Assembly (NCBI GenBank): GCA_020721865.1 | Contig: DYLW01000013.1 | Coordinates: 1-62,399, forward strand | Origin: Leptospira biflexa | Lineage (GTDB): Bacteria > Spirochaetota > Leptospiria > Turneriellales > DYLW01 | Length of the DNA stretch: 62,399 nt | Direction of reading: 5' to 3' | Shown: positions 59,269 to 62,399 of the stretch, in pieces | Position numbering within the stretch: the stretch's first letter is position 1 | Layout: every line of letters starts with the position of its first letter | The notes under the pieces: model-generated | Told to the model about the DNA's origin: nothing | The model's database searches: none | The model's input: the letters and a program-made list of their open reading frames with translations, nothing else | Translations under genes and position numbers: made by a program

Positions 59269-61140
59269 TTATGGGGTCGATGGCGGTGGGTCTGCGGGGA
59301 TGGCCATTTCTTTTTCCACCATTTTAAGGTAGTTTTTTATATCTTTTTCTGTCATCTCTTTGAGTTGTTTTTTTCTTTCAGCATCGGTTAATTGTTGCTC
59401 TGAGAGTGTGGCCTTATTTTTTTTGTTGAAGCCTTTTTTGACTGTTTTATTAAGATCATCAGAAATATCTTCGTCCCACAGGTTTTTGACAAAATTATCC
59501 CAGTTCAGATTCACATCACCTGGAAGCGTTTTATCTTTGTTCATTTTCAGGATGAGGAGGGTGATCAGATTTCCCATTCCATTTTTTACGTCGTCCAGTT
59601 TATAATTAATAATGGTACCAATTTCGTCATAACAGACATGGGTGAACAGTTTTTTCTGGGTTTTATTCAATTCACCATAGGCTTCAAACCATTTTTCCCC
59701 ATAAATGTTATCCGCAAGGGGGGTGAACCATTGTGCATATTCTTTCCAGTCTATGCTTTTTTCTGCCTCTTTTTCCAGATTTTTTTTCAGGTTAAAGAAT
59801 GCAAAGAAAATGGCTCTCTGCCCTATGTCTTTTCTGAGGGTTGCGTGCATTTTGCTGATTGAGGTTTCTATGGCTTGAATAATTTCCGATTTTTTTTCAT
59901 CATAACTCAGTTTATCCATATCTCCTATGTCATAGAAGCTGTAGCGGAGGTATTCAAAAACTTTCTGGGCTGTAACTTCTTCATATTCATCCTCCATAGT
60001 TCTTAATTCGGAGATAATGGCCTTATACGGAGCGAAGTTTTGCAGAAAGTAGTTCAATCCCGGCAGCATGATCTCTTTGAAATTATTCCTGACAATCCGA
60101 GCTTCTTCGTGTGTCAGTCCTTCCTGGCTGGTGACGGGGGGAATAGCGTCATCCAATTTAAGGATTCTTTTTTCATAATCTTTATTATTCTCAAATAAAT
60201 AGTTCTTCAAAAGATCATAGATTTCCATATTATGGAATATGGAATAGGGGTATTTACTTCTTTCCCCCTGTTGTTTATAATCTTTATCATCTTTATCATC
60301 TTTATCGTATTTTATTTCTCCCCGCCAGTCAAACAGGTACAGGGGTAAATGTTCTTGGTTTCTATCCTTGCGTGGTTTAATATCATTTTTGTGTGCACTT
60401 TCAATGACTTCCTGTGTACAGAGGGCGGTGATGTCCTCATCATTGATCATGATTCTGCGGGATGCGTTCACAGTTTGTGCTTTATCGTTAATATACATGA
60501 AGGTTTTGCGGACCACTTCAATGAGGGTATCTGTTTTTTTATGTTCATCTGTTTTAAAGATTGTCAGGATGATGACGGGGATATGCCAGTTGGCCATTGT
60601 ATTCTGGAACTCTTTATCCTGTGCCAGGTTTTTCAGGGAGGAGAGCCGGTGTTGTCCATCGATGGCAATCACGAAGCTTTTGTTGCTGTTCCATTCCAGG
60701 GAAGAAAATGCGGGTTCAATTTTATGGATTTTGAGACGGAAAACATTTGTCACTTCTATCTGGGAGTAAGGATGTCCTTCTTCTTTAATACCCTCTTCGC
60801 TGAGGAGGGGGGGGTTGGTGATGATGTTATTATTTTCTTTGGGAAGCACCACCAGGGTGAGGGGGTTGAAGAATTTCACTTTATTGGGATCTTTGAGGTA
60901 GGGGATGATTTGCTTTTCCACGCGATGCTTTCTTACGAGCAAATTTTCCATTTCTTTAATGTGCCATTGAAGTCTGACTGGGATTTTTTCGAGAGTACTT
61001 ATGAAATCCAGATCAGCAATATCAATAGTGGTTTGAATAAATTTTATCATAACCGGAGAGGTGACCCCCATATTCCCACAATAACCGGTTTTTTTAAAAT
61101 TATAATATGGTGCTGTTTGTGGAGGAAGAGGCATAGGCAA
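59269..61140 (-). CDS. DGQHR-domain (DndB-like, ParB/Srx superfamily) protein, 623 aa
   Basis: LLVR..RVEKQIIPYL..FFNPLTLV, VIAIDGQHRLSSL and FMYINDKAQTV, followed by a long helical C-terminal region. Confidence 0.85.
   Translation of the reverse strand: MPMPLPPQTAPYYNFKKTGYCGNMGVTSPVMIKFIQTTIDIADLDFISTLEKIPVRLQWHIKEMENLLVRKHRVEKQIIPYLKDPNKVKFFNPLTLVVLPKENNNIITNPPLLSEEGIKEEGHPYSQIEVTNVFRLKIHKIEPAFSSLEWNSNKSFVIAIDGQHRLSSLKNLAQDKEFQNTMANWHIPVIILTIFKTDEHKKTDTLIEVVRKTFMYINDKAQTVNASRRIMINDEDITALCTQEVIESAHKNDIKPRKDRNQEHLPLYLFDWRGEIKYDKDDKDDKDYKQQGERSKYPYSIFHNMEIYDLLKNYLFENNKDYEKRILKLDDAIPPVTSQEGLTHEEARIVRNNFKEIMLPGLNYFLQNFAPYKAIISELRTMEDEYEEVTAQKVFEYLRYSFYDIGDMDKLSYDEKKSEIIQAIETSISKMHATLRKDIGQRAIFFAFFNLKKNLEKEAEKSIDWKEYAQWFTPLADNIYGEKWFEAYGELNKTQKKLFTHVCYDEIGTIINYKLDDVKNGMGNLITLLILKMNKDKTLPGDVNLNWDNFVKNLWDEDISDDLNKTVKKGFNKKNKATLSEQQLTDAERKKQLKEMTEKDIKNYLKMVEKEMAIPADPPPSTP
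60280..60306. repeat. In-frame 9-bp tandem repeat (ATCTTTATC x3) encoding DKD-DKD-DKD
   Basis: Three perfect copies read directly from the sequence. Confidence 0.9.
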
Positions 61141-61220
61141 AACTATAATTTCCGTCCATTCTTCAACCCAAATTATACTGGAAGTTTATTTCTTTACATC
61201 CCGATTAATTAAAACGAACA

Positions 61221-62333
61221 TTGTTCATGCCGTTGGAGAACCCCCTGCAGCTTCCGGAGAGTTATCTTCCGGTTCAGAATATTACTGCGACATTCAGGAA
61301 TACTACGGCATCGTATAAATATTACTGGTTTTTATCCATTTTGAATCTGGCAGTTAAGACAGGGATCAAGACGCAGGGGGGTCTGTTGCCCAGAGAGGAA
61401 TTACTGGCGGAGATGTTGTCAATGGCTTGGTACCCCATTCATTATTATAGACTATCTTTTGGTGCGGCTGACAGGTTTAAGCGTACAGTAGATGAATTAT
61501 TGATACATTTGAACATTGAGAAAAACATTCCCCGAAATGTCCTTTCTGGGAAAATACTCGCGATGGGAAAAAATTCAAATATTGATAGTTTTTACAATTA
61601 TGTCCCCTTTCGTTTTTTAAGCCCATGGTTCAGTCATGATATTAAGGGAATGCCGGACGGGGATTTTAATAACCGTATTGAAATTCTGGCATCGGAAAAA
61701 TTTCACAACCCGGATTTTTTACCGATGTATAAATTTTCTGATGACGGAATCATTCTCCAACCCCGGTGGCATAGTTATTTGCAAAAGCATTATTCCATTT
61801 TACATGATTATGGACTCTGGGAACTGCTCTCCTTTGTTCAGAAACGAAATCCCAATATTCCTGGTCTTTCCACAAAGCTTTTTGATTTGCCGGAGAGGGT
61901 AGCATTGACGGAGCAGAGAAAAATTTGGAGAGATTATCTGGATGGGAAACCGTTTCCCTGTATTTTTACAGGAGAAAATGTCTTTCTGGATGATTTTGCG
62001 TTGGATCATTTTATTCCCCGGAGTTATATTTCTCACGACCAGATGTGGAATCTGCACCCCATGCGTCCGGGTTTGAATCTTGCCAAAAGTGATTCACTTC
62101 CCCAGAGTGTTTTCATTGAAAAACTCGCGAAAGTTCATTATGACTTGATTAAAGCGACGGACATAGACCTGAAAAATTCATTCAAAGAAGAATATGTGAT
62201 TCTTTTCCGGACGAACAGCTTTGCTGAAATAAAATCCTCCACATGGGAAAACTTTTGGAAGGTTTACCATGACCAGCTTTCCCCGCAATTGGACATTGCC
62301 CGCAATATGGGTTTTTCCGAGTGGATTCTGTAA
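61221..62333 (+). CDS. HNH endonuclease domain protein (restriction-type)
   Basis: N-terminal TTASYKYYWFLSIL and C-terminal CIFTG...LDHFIPRSY..HD..WNL......NLAKSD HNH motif. Alternative start ATG 61227. Confidence 0.88.
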   Translation: MFMPLENPLQLPESYLPVQNITATFRNTTASYKYYWFLSILNLAVKTGIKTQGGLLPREELLAEMLSMAWYPIHYYRLSFGAADRFKRTVDELLIHLNIEKNIPRNVLSGKILAMGKNSNIDSFYNYVPFRFLSPWFSHDIKGMPDGDFNNRIEILASEKFHNPDFLPMYKFSDDGIILQPRWHSYLQKHYSILHDYGLWELLSFVQKRNPNIPGLSTKLFDLPERVALTEQRKIWRDYLDGKPFPCIFTGENVFLDDFALDHFIPRSYISHDQMWNLHPMRPGLNLAKSDSLPQSVFIEKLAKVHYDLIKATDIDLKNSFKEEYVILFRTNSFAEIKSSTWENFWKVYHDQLSPQLDIARNMGFSEWIL

Positions 62334-62399
62334 TCTTGTAATTTTATCCCCACACCCAAAACCATAGAAGCCTTCCACAGAATCCTCACATCCCTCCAG

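Noticed and set aside
59269-61140. Calling this a complete Dnd phosphorothioation system
   Set aside because: dndA/C/D/E and dndFGH are absent from the window, and the protein is much longer than typical DndB.

Overview
A 62.4-kb chromosomal segment of a Leptospirales-like spirochete. The assignment is inferred from a clear fcpA (flagellar-coiling protein) orthologue with a spirochete-type sigma28 promoter. Most of the window is housekeeping: tRNA-Cys/tRNA-Leu, tatD, eukaryote-type citrate synthase, miaB, PNP, gcvPB, rfaD, nadB, ftsB-eno, PPIase-bactofilin-recJ-lon-lspA-rluD-radA, sppA-waaF, and NUDIX-TonB-MFS-GGDEF. The dominant accessory feature is an 18-kb operon of two ~2,900-aa colinear paralogous secreted proteins followed by a secreted ankyrin protein. 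Each giant protein has a shared N-terminal head, about 11 Ig-like repeats and a T9SS/FlgD-Ig-like C-terminal domain. Elsewhere, an SppA peptidase is fused behind a PorV/FadL-like beta-barrel, which together with the giant proteins suggests a possible CTD-dependent, T9SS-like export route. Other notable items are a membrane chemoreceptor with an Aer2-type PAS and a C-terminal pentapeptide, and a CCGG-poor right-end island with a DGQHR protein divergent from an HNH nuclease beside an Rpn remnant. There are several deletion-eroded pseudogenes (IS3, SLT, OM barrel) and a strong window-wide CCGG/TCCGGA excess. All calls come from reading motifs by eye; no database searches were run.
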